64,000 nt of DNA from an uncultured Candidatus Saccharibacteria bacterium (GCA_965230995.1 OZ246398.1:464213-528212); one strand, 5' to 3'. Positions 10,217 to 18,790 are shown, counted from the first letter of the stretch. Numbers and translations: made by a program. The notes: a model not told the origin generated them from the letters alone.

Positions 10217-11044
10217 TTATAGATCTGCTCTTATGCACATAGAAAAATTTTGTGCATTTTCGCAAGATTTTCCAATATCTGTAATTCGGTATTTTTCTTT
10301 CAAGACTTCAAATTCTCCTACATCATCAATTAGACCATGATCATAAGCCAATTTATCAGAATATGCAGGTAGGACATATTTGTAGCTAAAACCAATCTGA
10401 GAATCTTTGTCAGCGATTCTGTTTACGTGTTTAACGAGGGTGTTTGTGCAGTTGTTCGTAATGGTGTTATAGAATTGTGGTTTGTTGTAGAGACTATTAG
10501 TTTTGTTCATCATATCCATAAACAAGTCTCTAGCCTTTGTCTTGCTTATTTTTATCGGGTACATGTAGACATTTCCATCCTCTCTATAATTTGTTCGAAG
10601 TTTTGTAACGTCTCTTTCGTCTGCAACAACATATATCATTTCAAACTGTCTAAACATGCCTTTGAATACATTATAAGATTCGCCTTTTTCTCTTCGTGCT
10701 TCGATTGAAATTGCAACACGTTTTCCATCTTCAAAACCAAAAACAACATAAGTGTGTGCAGTTGGTGGGTTAAATGGTGCGACAACAAAATCCACCGCAT
10801 AAAGTTTTGATAGATCGTATGTTTCGTCGTAATAACCGGGAGTAAAATCTAGAGTAGATTTATATGTAAAATTTCTTACATTGTATATCTTCATCATATC
10901 CCCGTTCATTTCAAAGTGAGCAAGCTTTTCATTGTCGACAACCCAATCACGGTTGTTGCTTGGTCTGACAATGAGAGCAAAGATGCACCATCCGATAAAT
11001 AAAATAATTATTATCCAAACTAAAACTTTTAGAAATTTTTTCAT
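10217..11044 (-). CDS. DUF4105-like exported protein (N-terminal signal anchor)
   Basis: 275 aa with NNCTN motif and DUF4105-like pattern. Confidence 0.45.
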   Translation of the reverse strand: MKKFLKVLVWIIIILFIGWCIFALIVRPSNNRDWVVDNEKLAHFEMNGDMMKIYNVRNFTYKSTLDFTPGYYDETYDLSKLYAVDFVVAPFNPPTAHTYVVFGFEDGKRVAISIEARREKGESYNVFKGMFRQFEMIYVVADERDVTKLRTNYREDGNVYMYPIKISKTKARDLFMDMMNKTNSLYNKPQFYNTITNNCTNTLVKHVNRIADKDSQIGFSYKYVLPAYSDKLAYDHGLIDDVGEFEVLKEKYRITDIGKSCENAQNFSMCIRADL

Positions 11045-11061
11045 AAATACATTTTACATTA

Positions 11062-11440
11062 ATAGGGAGGGCGTGGCGAGGAGAGGGGTTGAGGGTCCGA
11101 ACCTTACGGGGTTAGTACCGTGATTGGATTTAGGAGGGATTGATTGAGGAATTCGGTCACAACTCTTCTGCTACGATAAATCTACGCAACGAAGGTCGCG
11201 ACCCCGCCTCGGCTACAGTTTCTCGTTCCTCGAAACTGGCTTCGCAGCCTCCGTCTTTCGAATCCCTCCCTATACGCTACATAAGTACAACAAAAAAACG
11301 CTATCGCGTTTGTTTTGTGTATTTTGTGAGGACTCGAACCTTACAGGTTCAGTGCATAAGTTAGGATTTTGATTGGGAGGGATTGATCCCGCAGTTACTA
11401 AGTAAAATAATTCGTTCGTAAACTCACTCTTATTTTACTA
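11062..11440. repeat. Mosaic of short repeated modules upstream of tRNA-Tyr. Includes an X module (gaaccttacRGgttMagt…gattggattt) at ~11088 and ~11336, a Z module (ggagggattgat) at ~11122 and ~11376, Y module copy B at 11158-11215, and ttcgtaaactca at ~11410 (also at ~303).
   Basis: Direct sequence comparison with 205-320 and 18544-18600. Internal terminator-like hairpin at ~11296-11325. Confidence 0.6.
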
Positions 11441-11573
11441 AGTACTGCTGGACGCGGCTCGACGTCGTACTCGCTCCGCTCCGTGCGACATGTCTCCGCC
11501 GGTTCGAATCCCACGCAAAAGCAAAACTGCTTTTGCTTCCCTACGCAAAAATGCACCAAAGGTGCATTTTTTT

Positions 11574-11655
11574 GTGCGTAGGGAGGGATTCGAACCCCCG
11601 TAGACTATGTCGCCTGATTTACAGTCAGGTGCGATTGACCACTCCGCCACCTACG
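11574..11655 (-). tRNA. tRNA-Tyr (anticodon GTA), long variable arm
   Basis: Acceptor gcgtagg/cctacgc, anticodon loop ctgtaaa, T-loop ttcgaat. Spurious ORF 11438..11650 overlaps it. Confidence 0.8.
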
Positions 11656-11766
11656 CATTTATAGGAACGAGTATAACATACTTTAATATTTTTGGTAGGG
11701 CAAAAAAGTATGACAAAATGGCAATTTTTGATATCATAAATACCATATAAATTTAATCCATTTTTT

Positions 11767-12618
11767 ATGCAGAAACATGTTGCTGTAATTGGTTTTGGTT
11801 ACGTGGGAAAGGCTGTTGCGAATTTTCTTTCAAATAGATACATGGTTCATGTCTTTGACCCCTTTATTTCTGATGATTTGCCAGAACTAAAAAACCCAAA
11901 CATTAGGAGAGAGCAAACGAAAGAAGCCATAAACACAGTATGTGAATTTGCTGTCATTTCTGTGCCAACACCACAGGGTGGAGATGGTTCTGTTGATTTG
12001 TCTCATGTCGAAGAAGTGCTCGCTTGGTTATCTGTGCCTTTGATGATGATAAAAAGCACCGTACCACCTGGAACTGTTAAGAAACTTAAAGAAAAGACTG
12101 GCAAGAGAATTGTTTTTTCACCTGAATATATTGGTGAAGGAAATTATTTTATTCCATTTTGGAAAGGTTATCCTGACCCAAACGATATGCGAAAGCATGA
12201 ATTTATGATTGTTGGCGGAGAGAAAAAAGATACTTCAGATGCTCTTGAATATTTCAAATTAATTTATGGGGCAGATGTTAGATTTGTTCAAACAGACAGT
12301 ACAACTGCTGAACTGTGCAAATATATGGAAAACTCTTTTCTTGCAACAAAAGTTACTTTCTGTAATGAATTTTTTGAAATTGCCAGCTCGCTTGGAGTTG
12401 ATTATGACGAGCTCAGAGAAATGTGGCTACTCGATGGACGTATTGGCAGGTCACACACAGCGGTCTTTAAACACAAAAGAGGGTTCAGTGGAAAATGTTT
12501 ACCGAAAGATGTTAATGGAATAGTAAAGCGAGCAGAAGAATCTGGATACAACCCAAAACTTCTTAAATCAGTTCTAGATGTAAATAACGATTTTCTTAAA
12601 AAGAATCCACAGCAGTAA
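11767..12618 (+). CDS. Nucleotide-sugar dehydrogenase family protein (UDP-glucose/GDP-mannose dehydrogenase N-terminal and central domains only)
   Basis: Rossmann motif VIGFGYVGKAV and catalytic Cys motif GFSGKCLPKD. Stops at 283 aa without the C-terminal UDP-binding domain; alr starts 3 nt later. Confidence 0.6.
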   Translation: MQKHVAVIGFGYVGKAVANFLSNRYMVHVFDPFISDDLPELKNPNIRREQTKEAINTVCEFAVISVPTPQGGDGSVDLSHVEEVLAWLSVPLMMIKSTVPPGTVKKLKEKTGKRIVFSPEYIGEGNYFIPFWKGYPDPNDMRKHEFMIVGGEKKDTSDALEYFKLIYGADVRFVQTDSTTAELCKYMENSFLATKVTFCNEFFEIASSLGVDYDELREMWLLDGRIGRSHTAVFKHKRGFSGKCLPKDVNGIVKRAEESGYNPKLLKSVLDVNNDFLKKNPQQ

Positions 12619-12620
12619 AA

Positions 12621-13769
12621 ATGATTGAAAAAAAGGATAGGCTAGGTTTGCGGGTATGGATAGAGATAAACAAAAAAGCTCTCCTTCATAATGTTTCTGT
12701 GCTTAAAAAAATAATTGGGAAAAATACCAATTTTTGTGCTGTGGTCAAATCAAATGCTTACGGGCATGGGTTGTCTACCATATCTCAAATATTAGAAAAT
12801 GAAAAAGACGTTAATATGCTTGCGGTTGATTCGATAACAGAAGCAACCAGATTACGTGATGCTGGTATTAAGAAACCTATTTTGGTTTTAGGCTATACTC
12901 TAAAAGAAAATATTTCGATTGCTATCGAAAGAGATATTACAATAACTGTGTCGCATTTTGACTCTCTGTCTGATGTTGTCTCAGTTACAAATGAAATAAA
13001 AAAACAGATAAAAATAAATTTAAAAATAGATACAGGAATGCATAGGCAGGGATTTTCTTTAGAAGATATTTCTCTTGTAATTTCTAAACTAAAAGAAAAC
13101 AAAAATAATATTATTTTATCTGGTGTCTATACCCATTTTGCTTCTGCAAAAAATCCACAGAATACATCTCTTACAGAAACACAACTCAAAAACTTTTCTG
13201 TGGCTAGAAATATTTTTATGAAAGAGGGGATAGAAACTTTTTATCATACAAGCGCTAGTGCTGGTTCGATAATTCACAAGGATTCTCATTTTGATATGGT
13301 GAGGATTGGTGCCGGTCTGTATGGAATGTATCCATCCGAAGAGATAGAAAAGACATTCTCAGATGAAATTGTTCTCGAGCCTGTGCTTTCTCTGAGGTCA
13401 ATCATAAGTGAAATCAAGACAATAAAAACTGGTGAAGGTGTGGGGTATGATCACAGTTTTGTTGCAAAGAGAGATACCAGAATTGCCATTGTTCCTGTTG
13501 GATATTGGCACGGTGTATCTAGGTCTCTTTCAAATATTGGTAACGTAATAGTATGCGGGAAAAAAGCTCCTATTGTTGGCAGAATTTCAATGGATATGAT
13601 GACGATCGATATTACAGATATTGAAGCCAATTTACTTGATGTTGTTACAATTATTGGGGAAGAAAAAGACTCTACAATAGATTTGAAATATTGTGCAAAA
13701 AAGGCTGGGACATCTGAATACGAATTTGTGACGAGGCTCAATCCTTTGATAAAGAAAATAGTTGTATAA
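12621..13769 (+). CDS. alr: Alanine racemase
   Basis: PLP-lysine motif AVVKSNAYGHG, C-terminal beta domain. Confidence 0.85.
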   Translation: MIEKKDRLGLRVWIEINKKALLHNVSVLKKIIGKNTNFCAVVKSNAYGHGLSTISQILENEKDVNMLAVDSITEATRLRDAGIKKPILVLGYTLKENISIAIERDITITVSHFDSLSDVVSVTNEIKKQIKINLKIDTGMHRQGFSLEDISLVISKLKENKNNIILSGVYTHFASAKNPQNTSLTETQLKNFSVARNIFMKEGIETFYHTSASAGSIIHKDSHFDMVRIGAGLYGMYPSEEIEKTFSDEIVLEPVLSLRSIISEIKTIKTGEGVGYDHSFVAKRDTRIAIVPVGYWHGVSRSLSNIGNVIVCGKKAPIVGRISMDMMTIDITDIEANLLDVVTIIGEEKDSTIDLKYCAKKAGTSEYEFVTRLNPLIKKIVV

Positions 13770-13868
13770 ATACAGTTCTCATTTTAAAAAAATGTGCTAG
13801 TATTACTCCGGTTGTTCTTTAATATGTATTGGCAATATTTGCCGATACGCTCCGCATAAGTCGGAGCC

Positions 13869-13940
13869 TGGGCCTATAGTTTCAATGGTAAAACGTCGGT
13901 CTCCAAAACCGTTGTTCTCCGTTCGAGTCGGAGTGGGCCC
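13869..13940 (+). tRNA. tRNA-Trp (anticodon CCA)
   Basis: Acceptor gggccta/tgggccc, anticodon arm tcggt-ctccaaa-accgt, T-loop ttcgagt. Confidence 0.7.
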
Positions 13941-13995
13941 GCAAACAAAAAACCGCGTCCGCCAGCTGGCGGAGCGGTTTTTTGTTTGCTGGGCG
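13941..13995. terminator. Long nested palindrome terminator (gcaaacaaaaaaccgc-gtccgccagctggcggag-gcggttttttgtttgc)
   Basis: 16-bp outer stem, inner hairpin, T-runs on both sides. Confidence 0.6.
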
Positions 13996-14099
13996 GAGGT
14001 ATGTGCGTTTGCACATTACGTCTCCGACTCGAAAGGGGGAGTTTTTTGAGCTTTGTATTTGTATAGAATTTTATCTTTCATTGTGCTATCCTTTTGTAA

Positions 14100-14498
14100 A
14101 TGAAAAAAGTTTTAATCATCGGTCCAGAACCAAAGGGGGAAGTAGACATAAACAAATACAATTCACTTGTAAAAATATGTGTTGATTTCGATTGCGAGGT
14201 TATCTCTTCTCCAATAAATAGCATTCAAGGAGAAGCTTTTTCTGATTATTCTGATATTTTTAACGACATAGCAGATGCAGATATGATAATTGCAGATGTA
14301 TCAGAAGAATCAATTTTACTCGGTATGCAACTTAGAGAAGTTGATCATTTAAATAAACCATTAATTGTTATTGTAAAAGCAGGAAAAACTGCTTCGCATA
14401 TTCTGGATGGCATTCCAACTATTGCTGAAATACTTGAATATGAAGAAATAGAAGATATTACAGATGGAATTCAGCGAAACTTTACAGTAATAGAATAG
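14100..14498 (+). CDS. Hypothetical small Rossmann-like protein (possibly nucleoside 2-deoxyribosyltransferase-like)
   Basis: 132 aa; MKKVLIIGPEP… pattern. Weak, by eye only. Confidence 0.25.
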   Translation: MKKVLIIGPEPKGEVDINKYNSLVKICVDFDCEVISSPINSIQGEAFSDYSDIFNDIADADMIIADVSEESILLGMQLREVDHLNKPLIVIVKAGKTASHILDGIPTIAEILEYEEIEDITDGIQRNFTVIE

Positions 14499-15425
14499 TT
14501 ACTTCAAAAAACTTTTTACTAATCCTTTGATTTCTTTTGCATTATTTGGATTAAACCATTTGATGCTTTTGTTTCTTTTCCACCAAACTCTTTGTCTCTT
14601 TACATATTTCCAAGTGTCAGAAAAAAGATCGCTCTTTGCCTGATCCTCTGTTATCTCATTATTTGCAAGCATTGCCATATATTTTGCATCAAGGCCAAGT
14701 ATAAGCAACGCTTCCACTGGAATACCTCTCGCAATTATTTGTTTTGCTTCGTTTATCATCCCATCTTTAATTCTGCCTTCTATTCTTTTTTGAATTCTAG
14801 ATTTTAATTCTTCATCAGGTAGATCAAGCCCGATAAAAAGAGTGTCATATTTCATATCCTTGTAAGTCGGGGGCGGGGGATTTTTTCCTAATGAATTCGC
14901 AATTTCGATTGCTCTAATCAATCTAACTCTGTTATTTCTATCAATATTTTCTGCTCTTTTGTCATCGAGGCTGTTTAATTTTTGCCAAAGACTTTCAGTG
15001 CTCATTTTTTCAAGTTCACGTCTTTCGTTCATATTAGGAGGAACTTCCGGAAAATTATTTTTATATACAAGAGAGTCGATATAGAAACCAGTACCGCCAC
15101 AGATGATCGGTACTTTTTTTCTTGAAATTATTTCAGATACAATTTTTCTTGATTCAATTTTATACAATTCAACAGAATACGGCTCGCCAACAGATATAAC
15201 ATCTAGCATATGGTGGGGGATGCCCCCCATTTCTTCTTTTGTAACTTTTCCAGAAAGTAGATTTAATTCTTTATAAACCTGCCTTGAATCTGCGGATATA
15301 ATCTCTCCGTCAAATTCCTTTGCAAGAGAAATAGCCAAAGAAGTTTTGCCGGTCGATGTTGGCCCAAGCAGAACAATTACTTTCGGCTTTTTTCTTAAAA
15401 AAATATTTAAAAATTTTTCAAACAT
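14499..15425 (-). CDS. miaA: tRNA dimethylallyltransferase
   Basis: P-loop GPTSTGKTSLAI, DSRQVYK motif. Confidence 0.85.
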   Translation of the reverse strand: MFEKFLNIFLRKKPKVIVLLGPTSTGKTSLAISLAKEFDGEIISADSRQVYKELNLLSGKVTKEEMGGIPHHMLDVISVGEPYSVELYKIESRKIVSEIISRKKVPIICGGTGFYIDSLVYKNNFPEVPPNMNERRELEKMSTESLWQKLNSLDDKRAENIDRNNRVRLIRAIEIANSLGKNPPPPTYKDMKYDTLFIGLDLPDEELKSRIQKRIEGRIKDGMINEAKQIIARGIPVEALLILGLDAKYMAMLANNEITEDQAKSDLFSDTWKYVKRQRVWWKRNKSIKWFNPNNAKEIKGLVKSFLK

Positions 15426-15550
15426 ATTGAGAACCTAATATTGTTCTAAATATAGATTTTTGTCTACACAAAAACCGCTTAACGCGGTTTGTTGTTAGTG
15501 CTGTTATCATTATGCATTTTTTTAATGCCATCCTTAATATTTATTGATAT

Positions 15551-15826
15551 CTATTTCTTTAGGCTAATAAAGAATACTCCCGAAGTAATAATGTCCAATA
15601 TCTGCCAGGTACTTTTATCAAGATAGAAAGGCCAAATAGGATTAAACAGAACCGCTGTTACAACAAAGATCCAACCCCACTTTTGACTATTTGTGGTAAA
15701 AGAATTATAAGCAGAATAACATGCAATTATCATTATTGCCCACCTTAAAAATTCATAGTAACCGTAAGGTAAACTAAATACGCCAACCAGCAGAAGAATT
15801 GCGGCAATAATTTTAATGTCTTTCAT
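15551..15826 (-). CDS. Small multi-TM membrane protein, hypothetical
   Basis: 91 aa, three hydrophobic segments. Confidence 0.35.
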   Translation of the reverse strand: MKDIKIIAAILLLVGVFSLPYGYYEFLRWAIMIIACYSAYNSFTTNSQKWGWIFVVTAVLFNPIWPFYLDKSTWQILDIITSGVFFISLKK

Positions 15827-15832
15827 AATTTA

Positions 15833-16900
15833 TTAATTATCAAATAAAGTGCCTAGGTCTAATATTCTTCCAATACTTTCTGCAGTACCTGTCTCAACAT
15901 AAGTTGGTATACCTAAAACACATCCAGAATCCTTTATCGCTACTCCACCCGAACTCCCGTGTTCAATTTTTGCAGACGTTTTTATATAACGAAACCCACC
16001 ATAGTATTCGAAACCAGAAACAATTCCATCAGTGACTGTGAGCGAAGAACCTCCAACACCAGGGTATCCTAATATTGAAATATGTTCGCCTATATTTGAA
16101 GAAGCGCAATAAGTATTGGAGGTTTTATTTTTTGCATATTTAGCTAAGTCAGCTAATGTACCAGAATTTTCTCCAGATGTAATCTTAGGAATTAAATAAA
16201 TAAAATCAGCTCCATATTTATATGTCTTATAATCAGAAACTTCATATAATAAGTAATTTTGTGGATTTTTGTAATCAGGATATAGAGCAAAAATACATAA
16301 AGGTGAAGAGTTGTCATCTGGTTGTGTAACATGTAGATTTGTTTCAACAAAATAAGTTGGAAGATTAGAAGTAGATGTTTTATATAAAACACCGGAGCCT
16401 GACTGTATCTCATCACCGCTATAGTCAGCTGAGCAAAATATTTTAACGATAGACGGAGATATTGAAGACAAAATATTATTTGTAGAATTATTATTAATAG
16501 TAACTATACTTGAATTTTTTATATTAGTTTCTAGTTTACTTATCTCTAGCTCTTTCTTTGCTAGTTCTATTTTTTGAAGACGCAATTCTTCTGTTGTAGA
16601 AGCAGTAATATTATTTAGTTTATTTTGGCTTTCCTGTAATTCTTTTATAGTATTTTGAGTTTTATTATATGACAAATATAAAAATAAAAATAAAAATAAA
16701 AATAAAAAGATAATCAGTACTGATGATCCTATAATGTTACGATTATTTTTGACCTTAGACTTACAAAGTTTTAGAAAGTTCGATAATATTAAAATAATAT
16801 TTATTGTTGATTCACGATTATCAAACTTTTTACCACATTCATCGCAAAAAATGCTGTTATTTTCTAATTCATTTCCACAATTGTCACAAAAAACTCTCAT
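15833..16900 (-). CDS. Membrane-anchored trypsin-like (S1) serine peptidase with N-terminal double zinc ribbon
   Basis: CxxC…CxxC twice at the N-terminus, TM helix, coiled coil, C-terminal HGSSGG serine motif. Contains an in-frame (aaaata)n hexanucleotide repeat encoding FLFLFL. Confidence 0.55.
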   Translation of the reverse strand: MRVFCDNCGNELENNSIFCDECGKKFDNRESTINIILILSNFLKLCKSKVKNNRNIIGSSVLIIFLFLFLFLFLYLSYNKTQNTIKELQESQNKLNNITASTTEELRLQKIELAKKELEISKLETNIKNSSIVTINNNSTNNILSSISPSIVKIFCSADYSGDEIQSGSGVLYKTSTSNLPTYFVETNLHVTQPDDNSSPLCIFALYPDYKNPQNYLLYEVSDYKTYKYGADFIYLIPKITSGENSGTLADLAKYAKNKTSNTYCASSNIGEHISILGYPGVGGSSLTVTDGIVSGFEYYGGFRYIKTSAKIEHGSSGGVAIKDSGCVLGIPTYVETGTAESIGRILDLGTLFDN

Positions 16901-16901
16901 T

Positions 16902-17957
16902 TTATATGCCTAAAAAGTTATCCACCAGAGAATAATAATCAAGCATTTTATTTGCTTCATTTTTTGATGAGCTATAGTCACGGTCAGACCAGCTGTCAAT
17001 TGATTCGCATAAATAATAACCAGCCCACTCCATGTCTATGGATGCGTTTTTATAAGAAGAAGGTAATCCTGTAAAGTTGTCTCTCAGATTTTTTGAATTA
17101 GTTTGAACTGCATAACAACCATTAATAACAGCACCCGCATAAACTGATGCCAGACTATAGTCACCTTTGTTATAAGCATTTAAGTAAGAAGTGTAGTCAT
17201 CTACTGATTTACTAAAGCTATTACGTATAGAAAGTAATTGATTTGAAAAAGATTTTAGAACCTCTTCTCCTCGTGCTTGGTCAGCTAATGTATTTGCACT
17301 ACTTATTGCCGCTTGAGCATTTGCTTCCGCTTTATCTTTTGCGGCTTGTGCTGAGGCAGCAGCTTGGCGACTTTTTTCTGCTAAGGCCTTACTTGCTGCA
17401 GAATCATTTTCTAAGGCTGTCATTAACCAGCCTCCAATCTCTGTTAATTTTGTTTGGACGTTATTATAATCTGGATAGGTTGAAGATATAGATTGTAAAT
17501 CTGTTTGTGCTGATTTTAAATCTTTAACAGTAGATGTGGAACTAATTTTTGCTACCGTATTATCAAAAAGAGTTTTGTAATCAGAAAATTTTTGATTATC
17601 TTCTTTTAATTTTGCGATCTCTTTTTTCTGGTTTTCAGTGCCATAATTTGAATCTAGAGTATTTAATATGCTCAATGAGCCAGTATAATCTTTATTTCTT
17701 TGAAGTTTCTCTGCGGTGTTAATTTTTGATGAGATTTTAATATAGGCGTTCGCATTATATCCACCATATAAAAGTCCAATAACTACTACAACACCAATAA
17801 TATAAGTCACTATTGGATTTTTCCAATTAAGTTTAAATTCTGTTATTGTATTTTTCTTTTCACTAGAACTAACAGATTCTGCTCCTAGAGAAACACCGCA
17901 AGAACGACAAAATTTGCTACCTTCACGATTTTCCTTTCCACATTCATCACAATGCAT
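16902..17957 (-). CDS. Zinc-ribbon / single-TM / extracytoplasmic coiled-coil protein; paralogous architecture to the downstream peptidase
   Basis: N-terminal CDECGK…CRSCG, TM helix, Ala/Gln-rich coiled coil. Confidence 0.4.
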   Translation of the reverse strand: MHCDECGKENREGSKFCRSCGVSLGAESVSSSEKKNTITEFKLNWKNPIVTYIIGVVVVIGLLYGGYNANAYIKISSKINTAEKLQRNKDYTGSLSILNTLDSNYGTENQKKEIAKLKEDNQKFSDYKTLFDNTVAKISSTSTVKDLKSAQTDLQSISSTYPDYNNVQTKLTEIGGWLMTALENDSAASKALAEKSRQAAASAQAAKDKAEANAQAAISSANTLADQARGEEVLKSFSNQLLSIRNSFSKSVDDYTSYLNAYNKGDYSLASVYAGAVINGCYAVQTNSKNLRDNFTGLPSSYKNASIDMEWAGYYLCESIDSWSDRDYSSSKNEANKMLDYYSLVDNFLGI

Positions 17958-17970
17958 GTTATTTTAAAAA

Positions 17971-18192
17971 TTATCTAATAAAATATCCGACATCTTTATT
18001 ATAAATCTTGGCAAAAGTTTGAAGTTCGACTACGTCAACTCTTTGCTGTCCTGATTCAACATTTGAAATATGAGATTGCGGCCGTTTTAATTTTTTTGCG
18101 ACTTCAACCTGTGTCAAACCTGATTCAATTCTAGCTTTTCTTAAACGCTCCACGAAATAGGCATATTCCTTTGTTCTAATTGACTTTGTCAT
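17971..18192 (-). CDS. XRE-family helix-turn-helix transcriptional regulator
   Basis: HTH_XRE signature LTQVEVAKKL…SHISNVESG. Likely start at MTKSIRT (the track starts 10 codons earlier). Confidence 0.7.
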   Translation of the reverse strand: MTKSIRTKEYAYFVERLRKARIESGLTQVEVAKKLKRPQSHISNVESGQQRVDVVELQTFAKIYNKDVGYFIR

Positions 18193-18543
18193 AATACTAA
18201 CATTGTCTATCCAAATAATCAATATCCAAATTTTAGATATTGTAATAAACTGTATTTAGTTCCTTCACACCCGCCCCCAACCCAAAACTGACGGAAACCA
18301 AAACAGCATTTCTCCCTAGGTCTCTCCGGCGGGCGAGAAAAGAAAGTTGTTCATGTTTTGCAAAAAACGAGCACCGAATCGGAATCGTCAGGACATTTTC
18401 AAATATTCGCCGAGGGTGATCCAGAGTCGGGTGGTAGGCTTCATTCTCCGCTTTCATTTTTGAAGGTGATTATCGCAAATGATATGATTAGAACACTAAA
18501 AACAAAAATCCCAGACACTTTCGTGTCTGAGATTAATGTTTTT

Positions 18544-18600
18544 GGTGCCGAAGGAGGGACTTGAACCTTACAGGTTCAGTACCCCGATTGGATTTTTCTG
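18544..18600 (-). repeat. Partial duplicate of the tRNA-Leu(CAA) 3' end (18544-18566), fused to an X-module copy (gaaccttacaggttcagtaccccgattggattt)
   Basis: Identical ~23 nt to 18707-18729; terminator hairpins on both sides. Confidence 0.7.
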
Positions 18601-18708
18601 TTCGTTCCACTCCAGAAAAATGCACAATCGGGCTTCAGTCCCTCACGAAAGGTTCCCCGAACCTTTCTCTTCGTCACACAAAAACCGCATAACGCGGTTT
18701 GTTGTTTG

Positions 18709-18790
18709 TGCCGAAGGAGGGACTTGAACCCTCATCCCTTGCGAGACACGATTTTGAGTCGTGCGCGTATACCAATTCCGCCACTTCGGC
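18709..18790 (-). tRNA. tRNA-Leu (anticodon CAA)
   Basis: Acceptor gccgaag/cttcggc, anticodon loop ctcaaaa, long variable arm, T-loop ttcaagt. Confidence 0.8.

Noticed and set aside
11060-11440. tmRNA (ssrA), or a group I intron in a tRNA-Leu gene, as explanation for the tRNA-like fragments
   Set aside because: Found no tag reading frame ending in …AA-stop with a resume codon, no paired 5'/3' Ala-type acceptor with G3:U70, and no T-arm with a complementary 5' strand. The three tRNA-Leu genes are intact and contiguous, so no intron is present.
11438-11650. 70-aa minus-strand ORF
   Set aside because: Overlaps tRNA-Tyr and its terminator. The reading frame is spurious.
16675-16710. CRISPR array
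   Set aside because: The only regular repeat in the window is a 6-nt microsatellite inside a gene. No 24-48-nt repeats with unique spacers and no cas genes anywhere in 64 kb.
18233-18564. 74-aa and 68-aa overlapping ORFs in a moderately GC-rich ~230-bp segment between the XRE gene and tRNA-Leu(CAA)
   Set aside because: Mutually overlapping on opposite strands, no RBS, no domain. More likely leader or promoter DNA or a small GC islet. Kept only as part of the GC-islet observation.
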